DNA of 64,000 nt from Cyanobacteria bacterium auto_48_18 (GTDB taxonomy: Bacteria > Cyanobacteriota > Vampirovibrionia > Obscuribacterales > Obscuribacteraceae): positions 1-64,000 of the forward strand of contig JAVHQC010000008.1 in the NCBI GenBank assembly GCA_036170915.1, given 5' to 3'. Under the pieces are notes generated by a model, which was not told the origin of the DNA, did no database searches, and was given only the letters and a program-made list of their open reading frames with translations. Positions 9,604 through 18,540 of this stretch are shown here, piece after piece (the first letter of the stretch is position 1; the number at the start of each line of letters is the position of its first letter). A program made the translations under genes and the position numbers.

Positions 9604-10740
9604 CGTGTCCTTATTTGGATCGACCCGGCGACCATTCTTAAAGAGTCTATTTATGGCTGCAGATTGCTCTCGACGAATGTCGATCATGGTCGGACAGCTT
9701 TGGCCAGCCATCGCTTCCAGTTGCTTGATGCGCACCGGAATAGGGGGATGATTCTCGCCAATTTCTTTCCACCAGCGACTGAAGCGGCCGGCAGCGGTCT
9801 TAGGCTCATGATCTTCCTCGCCATGGAGACTGAAGAAGAGCATGGGAGCCAGGCCACCCATCATCATTTTCAACTTGAGCATGAGCATATTGCGGCTCAC
9901 CCAGTCGTTGATTTTCTGCAATGCCGTTGCAAGAGCGCAGGCATTGCCTGTCCACTCGGCAGCTAATGCGTCAGCGGCGCTTTCTCGGCTGCGGCTGATG
10001 AAGAAAGTGATGAACTTGGTAAAGAAGCTCACCACTGCAAAGATCAGCAGTGTGATGAAGAGGCCAGCGATACCAGCAGCAGGAGCAGCGAAGTTTTTCT
10101 TGCCTTTCCTGGCTTTGGCTGAGAGCTTATCGAGCAGGTTGTCTTTGTCGTTGCTGACAAAAGCTGAATTGAAAATCCAGGGCATGCCGCCGGCCAGCAG
10201 AATGGCGAAAAGCGAACCCATGGTGGCTGTCAGAGAAGTAATCGCTACGTCGCGACTTTTAACGTGTGCCAGCTCGTGGGCGAGCACTGCTTTGAGTTCG
10301 TCGTCGGTCAGATCAACGTCAAACAAACCCTCGGTGCAGGCAATGAAAGCATTGCTGGGTGATCGACCGGTGGCAAAGGCGTTTGGCATAGGCACCGGTG
10401 ATATGAGCACTTCTGGCATCTTCTTCAAGCCGGTCTTGGGAAAAATTTCTTCCACCAAACGTACCAGACGCTTGTGATTGCGATTCTGTAAATTTGGCTT
10501 TTCGCAGCGCATCAGCTTCTTCACAAAACTGGCGCTGTTGTACCAGCTGAAGATGGGCAGAAAAACGGTGAAGAAGGCGAGCAGTGAAGTAGCGACAGTA
10601 ACGTGCACACCAAGCAGCAGCAAAGTGCCACCAGTTAAGGCAGCTAGAGTCACCAGGCCAAGGATGGTGCGAAACCAGTTGACGCGCAGTTGTCGGTCGA
10701 TCTCTTTTTGATCAACGGACGGATTTTTGTTGTTTTTCAT
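9595..10740 (-). CDS. htpX: HtpX-family M48 zinc metalloprotease
   Basis: PNAFATGR, VLAHELAHVKSRD, SRSRESAAD, HPP...RI. Confidence 0.88.
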   Translation of the reverse strand: MKNNKNPSVDQKEIDRQLRVNWFRTILGLVTLAALTGGTLLLLGVHVTVATSLLAFFTVFLPIFSWYNSASFVKKLMRCEKPNLQNRNHKRLVRLVEEIFPKTGLKKMPEVLISPVPMPNAFATGRSPSNAFIACTEGLFDVDLTDDELKAVLAHELAHVKSRDVAITSLTATMGSLFAILLAGGMPWIFNSAFVSNDKDNLLDKLSAKARKGKKNFAAPAAGIAGLFITLLIFAVVSFFTKFITFFISRSRESAADALAAEWTGNACALATALQKINDWVSRNMLMLKLKMMMGGLAPMLFFSLHGEEDHEPKTAAGRFSRWWKEIGENHPPIPVRIKQLEAMAGQSCPTMIDIRREQSAAINRLFKNGRRVDPNKDTNR

Positions 10741-11065
10741 GGCAGATCCTAACGGAAAAACTCGCTGAGCTTTTCTTAAGAGTGATTTGAAGCACCGCTG
10801 TTAATCCATTCAAGCTTGAACATCTCGCGCAGGCGCAAGAGTTGAATGGAAAAGAAGCAGTAGTGATTTTGAAAGTAAGAGGAAGGTGTTTATTTTTAGA
10901 GAGCTAAGAAAAAGGGAGAAGTAACCTTAGGAGAAATCTGCCTGACCTTTCCAGTGGCAGTCCGCTCAAGGAGATGAGAATTATGCTCTGCTTGCAAACC
11001 AGGTTAACCACTCGGGCAGCTGCGCTTACTTGGCAACGGGTTGCCACGAGGTTTCTGTAGCAGTG

Positions 11066-11821
11066 TCAGGGAATCAAATCCATGATTGCGTCTGACCTTT
11101 TATCAGCCAGATCTTCTTGTGCAGCTACAGACGAATAGTTTGTCGGAACGGCGAAGTCGGCGGCTTTGAACGGTTTACTTAAGACTTTGAGCAGAGTCAG
11201 TTCTTTTTCCTGGCGGCCCTTGTTGTTTATTGTGGTCATTTGCAATGGCACACCTTTGTTTGCCGGCAGTGCATATATTTCTTCGATTGCGTGCACTACA
11301 TGTGGTGGCGTGGCGGTGGTCGGGTCAATCCATACTGTGGCTGAGTGTAATAACAATTTTTGCCATTTTGGATCGCCTTTTTTGTGTGGTAGCTCGCCTG
11401 ACATTTCAACCTTATTTACTTTGAGTCCGAGTAAGATTGTTGGTTGTACCTGTTTTGCCTTGAGTATGCTGGTATCGCTCGTGCGGAAAAGCGAGACAGG
11501 CATGGTGGCGGGAGCGCGAAAATGCCCTGGAATAGTGACAAAGTACTTGCGATGGGGAGCACTGAGAAATATCAATTTCCAGTCTGGTGCGTGCGCAATT
11601 AGAGTCAAGTTTGTTCGAGGCATATCCAGTCTGATACCGGATTTCGAAACCAGTAGATCAGCTGCCCCCACAATTTTGCTGTCTTGCCGAAAGAGTGTGC
11701 TTTGCTCTGCTGCAATTGCGCGAAAAGGGCATACGACAATGGTTGCAATGGCTAAATGGTTTGCTTGCAAGAATAGATTTCTTGCTCTTGGGTTAAAGGC
11801 AATTGAAAAAAATGCATTCAT
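11066..11821 (-). CDS. Hypothetical exported protein
   Basis: Long ORF with a signal-like N-terminus; no recognised motif. Confidence 0.55.
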   Translation of the reverse strand: MNAFFSIAFNPRARNLFLQANHLAIATIVVCPFRAIAAEQSTLFRQDSKIVGAADLLVSKSGIRLDMPRTNLTLIAHAPDWKLIFLSAPHRKYFVTIPGHFRAPATMPVSLFRTSDTSILKAKQVQPTILLGLKVNKVEMSGELPHKKGDPKWQKLLLHSATVWIDPTTATPPHVVHAIEEIYALPANKGVPLQMTTINNKGRQEKELTLLKVLSKPFKAADFAVPTNYSSVAAQEDLADKRSDAIMDLIP

Positions 11822-11922
11822 AACAAGCCTTGCCACAACGATTGTAGTTCTATACCCACTGTTTAAGAACGTTTATCTACCATGTCCTTTTTTCACTATA
11901 ACAGCTAATAGCTCCGCGAAAA

Positions 11923-11982
11923 AGAAAGAGACCAAGTGCGGGAAGATGGCTTGAGGCCACCATTTCGCACTGGTCTCTTTCT
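11923..11982. terminator. Long stem-loop downstream of the CocE-like gene
   Basis: AGAAAGAGACCA..GTGCG ... CGCAC TGGTCTCTTTCT inverted repeat. Confidence 0.55.
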
Positions 11983-11996
11983 AAGGTTACGTCCTT

Positions 11997-14087
11997 CTAC
12001 TGGAACTGTCGCGGAATTGTCTCGTGAAACCGGCGGCGCTTAAGCACTTTGCCATTCAAGCTAACAGTGCGCACCACTGAGACATAGAAGTTGTCTGCGT
12101 CAGATTGCACCAGCATGCGAGTACGGAGCTTTTGCTTCTTGCCTTGCGAGACAATAGTGGTTTGTCCCAAGCCCAAATACTTTGAGTTCGCTGGATTGCT
12201 GTTGTCAGTGGTCCACGTATTGGTCAGCTCAGCAAAGAATGTGCGCTTGGTGCCGTCTTTGTCGATGACGTAGGCGCTTCTGGCCGCAATCACGTGCGAG
12301 CTGTCACCAGTGCGCTTGTTTACACGATTGAACACTCTGCGCTCAGGCTTGCCGTCACCAAAGTCGATAGACCAACTATCAGGCGACTCCAGCTTTTTAA
12401 CTACCTTGGGCAAGTCTTCAACTGCACGTACGTCCACTGGCACCACAGGCAGTGTCAAGGCCGCAGTTTTGCCATTGGCGAAAACTGTGGAGACCATAAG
12501 CTCAGCACTGGGCCAGGTGATGGGAAATTGCGCGTTAGTGATTGCCAGGCGGATCTTGTGACCTTTCTGGAAAGTCCAGGTGGTGAATTGCAGAGGCAGG
12601 TCAAGTTGATAGACGCTATCCGGTGCCGGAAGGGTGGGCTCCAACCTGTTCATACGATGAGCCGGATTGAAAAGTCCGCCGGTTATCAACGTAACGCTGC
12701 CGTCTGGGGCTACATCCTCCAATCGAACAGACCATTTAGCCTTACTTGACGAGGCCTTTACTGCTACCGACAGATGCGGCGTGCCGATGATCTGCTTCAC
12801 CTTGCGCATGGGAGCACTGTCAAAAACCAGCGAATCAGCATCATCAGCCGCCATATCCCCGGTGGTGTTTCCCCACCAGGTGCCAGCCGCGGTTCCACTG
12901 AAAGCTTTGTACCTGAGCTCTACGGCACCATTGGTGGTGTCGTCAGTGGACGGCAGACTCTTTGACACAAGCTTCCCCGGGCTCAAGAACAACTTGTGAT
13001 TTTCTCCTCCTTGCGCAGGCAGGGTGTCGCGCCGCCAGTATCCGGGCACCTGCTCAATGTCGACGTCGGGTTTGTGACCATGCCGGACGTAGACAAGCAA
13101 TTCTTTCTCTGTTTGCTGCTTGCGCCTTGTTTGGAGCCCACGACTCTTCTGTGTGGCCGGTTTCGCATCAGGGCGAAGGTACCGGTTGAACCATTCACCC
13201 AGGCGCTTCTGCCATTCGTAATTCGGACCGGGAGCGCCTTCATCAGGGCAGGAATGGTCCCATGGACCAATGTCACAGCGCACGGGTACTTCAAGCTCTT
13301 GGAACATGCGCACTGTGGCCGAGCGATAACCATCAAGCAAGCCGCCCACGAGATAGACCGGAATGTCTATCTGGCTAAAGTCTTCGCGCAGTGACTTTTG
13401 CCGCCAGAAGGGGCCGTCCAGCTGGTTTTTCAGATAGGTAAAAATCCAGGGCCGATGGTTGAATCTCTGCGCGAAATACTCGTCGTCAAACTTATAACCC
13501 GGTGTGCGCGGCAGACCCAGTTCGTGACAGATGTACAGGTGATACGGGTCGAGATGCAGATTGCCGTCGATGTAGTGCACATCGTCATGAAACAGGTCGT
13601 CAGAAGCATGCACTGCGTGAATGGCTTTCAGAGCCGGCGGACGTCTCATTGCCATTTGCAGTGCATTGAAACCGCTCCACGATACACCGAGCATGCCCAC
13701 ATTACCATTGGCCGGTTTGCGGGCGGCAAGCTGCTTGATGATCTCTTCGCAGTCTTGCATTTCGATGTCTGAATACTCACGTTCGGGAATATCGCCTTCA
13801 GAGGCTCCAGTGCCGCGAATGTCTACCTTGACCGTAATAAAACCGAGTTGAGCCTGATAGCTGAAGAACGAGTAGTCCACCACGTAGAAAGTGTCGTCTT
13901 TTCGATAGGGCAAATATTCGAGCAAAACCGGAAAGGTCTCGCCACGATGCCTCGCCACTGGAATGTAGGAAGTAGCCGCCAACCGAACGCCATCAGGCAT
14001 GGTCAACCAGCTTTTTTTGATGCGAAATTTATAGCGCCGCCTGGTTAGAAACTCAGACGGTGGGCTCAGTGAATGTTTGGTTTTCAT
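11997..14087 (-). CDS. CocE/NonD family hydrolase (peptidase S15)
   Basis: MPDGVRLA, LEYLPYRK, DIRGTGASEG, GVSWSG nucleophile elbow, IGPWDH, PepX-like C-terminal domain. Confidence 0.92.
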   Translation of the reverse strand: MKTKHSLSPPSEFLTRRRYKFRIKKSWLTMPDGVRLAATSYIPVARHRGETFPVLLEYLPYRKDDTFYVVDYSFFSYQAQLGFITVKVDIRGTGASEGDIPEREYSDIEMQDCEEIIKQLAARKPANGNVGMLGVSWSGFNALQMAMRRPPALKAIHAVHASDDLFHDDVHYIDGNLHLDPYHLYICHELGLPRTPGYKFDDEYFAQRFNHRPWIFTYLKNQLDGPFWRQKSLREDFSQIDIPVYLVGGLLDGYRSATVRMFQELEVPVRCDIGPWDHSCPDEGAPGPNYEWQKRLGEWFNRYLRPDAKPATQKSRGLQTRRKQQTEKELLVYVRHGHKPDVDIEQVPGYWRRDTLPAQGGENHKLFLSPGKLVSKSLPSTDDTTNGAVELRYKAFSGTAAGTWWGNTTGDMAADDADSLVFDSAPMRKVKQIIGTPHLSVAVKASSSKAKWSVRLEDVAPDGSVTLITGGLFNPAHRMNRLEPTLPAPDSVYQLDLPLQFTTWTFQKGHKIRLAITNAQFPITWPSAELMVSTVFANGKTAALTLPVVPVDVRAVEDLPKVVKKLESPDSWSIDFGDGKPERRVFNRVNKRTGDSSHVIAARSAYVIDKDGTKRTFFAELTNTWTTDNSNPANSKYLGLGQTTIVSQGKKQKLRTRMLVQSDADNFYVSVVRTVSLNGKVLKRRRFHETIPRQFQ

Positions 14088-14133
14088 AAAAGTTAGGGGC
14101 AAATATGGTTGAGCAATCAGAGCAATCACCGTC

Positions 14134-14160
14134 ATCCATCAACCGTTAACGGTTGCTGGT
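14134..14160. repeat. Iterated palindrome copy
   Basis: ATCCATCAACCGTTAACGGTTGCTGGT. Confidence 0.93.
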
Positions 14161-14353
14161 GCAAACGTAGTTGAAACCCAGAGCTGACATTTCTCAGTTC
14201 CTAGAGGCTTTAATACTCGGCGGCGGTTTTATTGGTGTTTAAATTTAGAAGCTTAAGTTGTTAGGTGAAAATAAATACCTTGAGAACTTAAAGTACTGAC
14301 TATTTCTGGATCAAGAGAATCTTCAGCTAGTGAGTTCAATATTATTTCCTAGT

Positions 14354-14393
14354 GGGTAGATCCATCAACCGTTAACGGTTGATGGATCTACCC
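14354..14393. repeat. Iterated palindrome copy (40-bp perfect palindrome)
   Basis: GGGTAGATCCATCAACCGTTAACGGTTGATGGATCTACCC. Confidence 0.97.
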
Positions 14394-14806
14394 GCTGCAC
14401 TTCGGCTTCAGCAAATCCCAAAGTCATCAATCAAAAAAACTGTAAAGCTCAATGATTGGCGCAAGCTCGCACATCTAAAAACTGCACAGAGAGCGCCTTC
14501 TGTTGACAACATATGTAAGCTGAACTCTCATGGTGCAATATTGAACATTTGCGGATCGGCAGAAAGCCTCATGTTAACTGAGGGCTCAAATAGCTTATCC
14601 ACTGACCCAGTAATCAAGGTGTTTTTAAGCCCGGGCAATATTGGAGTATGAGCTCATTCCTCAATTAAAAAACTCAGACAGAAACACTTAGTTCAAATTC
14701 CATAAAAACAAGCCCATTAGCTTCTACCGCCGCCAAAGCAATTCTGCTGGCCGGTTAGTTGGTGGTGCTGTTTTTTTCTGTCAAAAACAACTATCAGGAT
14801 CCCTTT

Positions 14807-16600
14807 ATGAGTCTCAAAAACAAAGTACTGTTCATTACTGGTGCGTCCCGTGGAATCGGTCTCGCCATTGCCTTGAAAGCAGCCCAGGATGGCGCAAAAA
14901 TCGTAATTGCAGCCAAAACCACCACTGTCAACGACAAGTTGCCGGGCACCATATATAGCGCCGCAGAAGCAGTGAAAGCCGCTGGCGGTGAAGCTCTTGC
15001 TATTGCCTGTGATGTGCGCGATGAAGAGCAAATCAAGGCCGCTATTGCAAAATCAGTAGAAGTCTTCGGTGGTATCGACATTGTTATCAACAATGCCGGC
15101 GCTATCCAGTTGACGAATACTGAGCAAACCGAAATGAAGCGTTTCGATTTGATGCAGTCAGTCAATGCTCGCGCTGTCTACATGACCGTCAAGCATGCCT
15201 TGCCATATCTGAAAAAGAGCAGCAATGCTCACGTTCTCAGCCTTTCTCCGCCGATTAATCTTGATGCTGATTGGTTCGCGCCGCATCTGGCTTATACGCT
15301 GTCCAAGTACGGCATGAGCTTGTGCACCCTCGGGCTCGCTGCCGAACTGAAGAAGTCTAATATCGCAGTCAACTCACTCTGGCCGGAAACAGCCATTGAT
15401 ACGGCTGCAGTGCGCAATTTGCTTGGCGGCGAACAATCAGTTCAGGCTTCACGTAAACCTGAAATTGTGGCCGACGCCGCATATTGGATTTTCAATCAGC
15501 CGTCCAGCACCTGCAGTGGCAACTTTTTCATCGACTCGGCGGTACTTACTGCTGCCGGTGAAACCGATTTGACCAAGTACGCGGTTGACCCCACGGCTAA
15601 GTTGCTGCCCGATTTCTTCATCGGTAAGCCGCCTAAGTCTCTGCCCCGTGTCAAAGCCAATGAACCGGCCGGTAGTGCAGTCAAAGCTGCTGACGTCGTT
15701 GCCACTTTGCCCACTGAAAACGTGGCCACACCTGGCTCTGACAGTGCTGTTGTTGCAGTGTCGAGCGCCGAAGTTGCTGTCCCCACTGTAGCAAGCGCCG
15801 AAGTTGCTCCAGCGCCGAAGTACTCGTCTCTGGCCTTGAGCACCAGCAACCACGTTACCACGCTCAAGTTCACTAATCCGAAGCGTTCCAACGCCATGGG
15901 GGAAGCATTCTGGAAAGAGTTTCCGCTGGCCATCAAGGAGCTCATCGCTGCGGGCGAAACCAAAGTGCTGGTGATTTACGGAGAAGGCGACAACTTTTCT
16001 TCAGGAATTGACCTGGCCATGTTTCAGGGGCCTCTGCTGAGCGAACTGCAGGCGCAGGGCGGCAAAGACAAGTTGCTGTATCAAATCACGCGCATGCAGG
16101 ATGCCATCACCAGCGTTGAAAAAGCGCCGTTCCCGGTGATTGCTGCTGTGCATGGAGCCTGTCTCGGTGCCGGTCTTGATCTCGCCGCGGCCTGCGATTT
16201 CCGCTATGCAGACAACACTGCAGTCTTCGCCATTGAAGAAATCAACCTCGGCATCATGGCCGACCTGGGCAGTTTACAGCGCTTGCCGCTGATTATGCCT
16301 GCCGGTCTGGTGCGAGAGTTGTCTTTCACTGGTGCGCGTATCGGCAGTGACCGTGCCCTTTCTTCGGGGCTTATTAATGCTGTCTGTGCCAGCAAAGATG
16401 AATTAGTCAGTCTGGTGATGCAGATTGCCAGCACCATTGCCGGCAAATCGACAAAAGCTGTCGGAGCCACTAAGCAATCGCTCAATTACGGCCAGGATCA
16501 CGGCGTTTTTGAAGCCCTGAGCCTGACCGCCAGGTTGCAGACCAGGGTCATTGATCCGGCTGAAATTGTAGCGGCTGTGAAGAAGATCAAGAAAGCTTAG
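14807..16600 (+). CDS. Fusion of an HSDL2-like short-chain dehydrogenase and an enoyl-CoA hydratase/isomerase
   Basis: TGASRGIG, YTLSKYGMS and VNSLWP in the N-half; Ala/Val/Pro linker; FSSGIDL, AAVHGACLGAG and EINLGIMADLGSLQRLP in the C-half. Confidence 0.88.
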   Translation: MSLKNKVLFITGASRGIGLAIALKAAQDGAKIVIAAKTTTVNDKLPGTIYSAAEAVKAAGGEALAIACDVRDEEQIKAAIAKSVEVFGGIDIVINNAGAIQLTNTEQTEMKRFDLMQSVNARAVYMTVKHALPYLKKSSNAHVLSLSPPINLDADWFAPHLAYTLSKYGMSLCTLGLAAELKKSNIAVNSLWPETAIDTAAVRNLLGGEQSVQASRKPEIVADAAYWIFNQPSSTCSGNFFIDSAVLTAAGETDLTKYAVDPTAKLLPDFFIGKPPKSLPRVKANEPAGSAVKAADVVATLPTENVATPGSDSAVVAVSSAEVAVPTVASAEVAPAPKYSSLALSTSNHVTTLKFTNPKRSNAMGEAFWKEFPLAIKELIAAGETKVLVIYGEGDNFSSGIDLAMFQGPLLSELQAQGGKDKLLYQITRMQDAITSVEKAPFPVIAAVHGACLGAGLDLAAACDFRYADNTAVFAIEEINLGIMADLGSLQRLPLIMPAGLVRELSFTGARIGSDRALSSGLINAVCASKDELVSLVMQIASTIAGKSTKAVGATKQSLNYGQDHGVFEALSLTARLQTRVIDPAEIVAAVKKIKKA

Positions 16601-16637
16601 CGCACCGTATATAGTGCCATAAGCTGAATTCTTGGAA

Positions 16638-16678
16638 GGAAAAGTGCGACCCCAAGGGTTGCACTTTTCCCTTTTTTT
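16638..16678 (+). terminator. Rho-independent terminator
   Basis: GGAAAAGTGCGACC-loop-GGTTGCACTTTTCC followed by T7. Confidence 0.85.
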
Positions 16679-16815
16679 ACGTTGCTATGCTTGCATATAG
16701 TAACCCTCGCCACGGTTTATTTTGCAGGCGTGCAAACACCCCATTTACGGTTTTAAGCGCTCAACTGGGTTATAACAAAACAAGCTAGTGATTGAATTGA
16801 GAAGAAAGTGCAGAC

Positions 16816-18165
16816 GTGCAATCCCCCACGCTAAAAGTAACAAGTAAAAGACCTCAGGTGCTGGTCATCGGTGGTGGCTTCGCCGGTTTGCAGGCTGCCA
16901 AAGATCTGAGCCGGCTGGCTGTTGATGTCACTTTGATTGATCGCAAGAATCATCATACTTTCCAGCCTTTGCTCTACCAGGTGGCCACGGCCACTCTTTC
17001 GCCCGGCAACATTGCCCAGCCTATTCGCCGCATTTTAAGTCGCTGCGCCAATGTCAAAGTGTTGATGGATGAGCTTGTGGGCGTCGATCTGTCAGCCAGA
17101 AAAGCTGAGTTTAAGAATCTTGGTGCCTTTGATTTTGACTATTTGATTCTCGCTACTGGTGCTAAACACTCCTATTTTGGCAATGGCCAGTGGGAAAAAT
17201 TTGCACCAGGTCTCAAGACTATTGAAGACGCAGTGGAGATTCGCAGTCGCATTTTGTCGGCCTTCGAACTGGCTGAAAACGACATGGCTCGAAGCGGCAG
17301 TCATGAACCGCTTAATTTCATCATCATCGGCGGCGGACCAACTGGCGTTGAAATGGCTGGTGCCATCAGTGATATTTGCAAAAATTCCATGATTGGTGAT
17401 TATCGGTTGATCGATCCGGCTGAAGCCAGAGTGCTTTTAATTGAGGGTTTACCGCGCATTCTCGGCCCCTATCCCGAAGACCTGGCCGCCAAGGCCGTGG
17501 TGCAATTGCAAGAGCTCGGCGTTGAAGTAATGACCGACACCACGGTCACCGACGTGCAAGTTGATTGCGTGGTCACCAACAAGGGCACCATTCCCGCTTC
17601 TGTAATCATGTGGGCTGCAGGAGTGCAAGCGTCTTCCGCTGGAAAAATGCTGCAAGTTGAGTGCGATAGGCGCGGTTGTGTGCTGGTAGACGATTACTTG
17701 AATCCTGCTGGCGCCGAACACGCCAACATTTTTGTCTGCGGCGACGTTGCTCACTTCAAGCAAGATGGCAAGCCTGTGCCGGGGGTGGCACCATGTGCGA
17801 TGCAGATGGGTGCTTACGCCGCCCGTACCATTGCTTGCGACCTGACCGGTAGGCCGCGTGCGCCTTTTCGCTATTTTGACAAAGGCGACATGGCCACTAT
17901 TGGACGCCGCCGTGCTGTGGCCAATCTCCGCTGGCCCGTAAAGACTCATATCAGTGGATTTTTAGCCTGGCTGTCATGGCTATTGATTCACATTCTTTCT
18001 CTTATTGGTTTGCGCAATCGCCTTGCTGTGTTTTTTGAATGGGTGTGGACTTACGCCAGCAGCGAACACGGCGTGCGTTTAATCACCGACGATGTGGCCG
18101 AGCATCCCACTGCCATGATGGTGGTCAAAAAGTCGCCTCCAGATTTGACTCCGCCTGAATCTTAA
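16816..18165 (+). CDS. ndh: Type II NADH dehydrogenase family FAD oxidoreductase
   Basis: GGGFAG, HHTFQPLLYQVAT, GGGPTGVEMAG, PFRYFDKGDMATIGR. Confidence 0.9.
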   Translation: MQSPTLKVTSKRPQVLVIGGGFAGLQAAKDLSRLAVDVTLIDRKNHHTFQPLLYQVATATLSPGNIAQPIRRILSRCANVKVLMDELVGVDLSARKAEFKNLGAFDFDYLILATGAKHSYFGNGQWEKFAPGLKTIEDAVEIRSRILSAFELAENDMARSGSHEPLNFIIIGGGPTGVEMAGAISDICKNSMIGDYRLIDPAEARVLLIEGLPRILGPYPEDLAAKAVVQLQELGVEVMTDTTVTDVQVDCVVTNKGTIPASVIMWAAGVQASSAGKMLQVECDRRGCVLVDDYLNPAGAEHANIFVCGDVAHFKQDGKPVPGVAPCAMQMGAYAARTIACDLTGRPRAPFRYFDKGDMATIGRRRAVANLRWPVKTHISGFLAWLSWLLIHILSLIGLRNRLAVFFEWVWTYASSEHGVRLITDDVAEHPTAMMVVKKSPPDLTPPES

Positions 18166-18540
18166 AAGACGCTACGCTAGCCGCGCCAGTATGTTGCAGG
18201 CGAGTTTCATTAAAGCCACGCCAGCCAGCGCCGCTTGACTACCGTTAAGAATCGTAAACAAGAGCTCTGTGGGTTGTTCACGTTGGTGGAGCTCGCTAAG
18301 TATGAGCTGTATACCTTTTCTCTCTCTCAGCCAAATTCTTTTACTGGATCCCTTCTAACCAAATCAAATATTTCCACTACAGGACCTGTTGCTCTCTTTT
18401 TTTGAGAACGGGACCCTGACGTTTTGCCTTTGCTGATGTTTTCAACCTCGACCATAAGGTAGAAAGCGCTAGCGCTAACCTAACCCGACTGACTTCGGTC
18501 AGTAGTTCTTAACAGCCCCCAGGGCCAGAAGGAGACTACC

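Noticed and set aside
10741..11060. CIRCE or other heat-shock element upstream of htpX
   Set aside because: An inverted repeat (TCCATTCAA...TTGAATGGA) is present but does not match TTAGCACTC-N9-GAGTGCTAA
11166..11954. 262-aa plus-strand ORF
   Set aside because: Antisense to the more protein-like minus-strand ORF; Cys/Ser-rich composition typical of a shadow frame
14379..14651. 90-aa ORF starting in a palindrome (likewise 28432-28726)
   Set aside because: Start or stop codons come from the repeat; no RBS or recognisable domain
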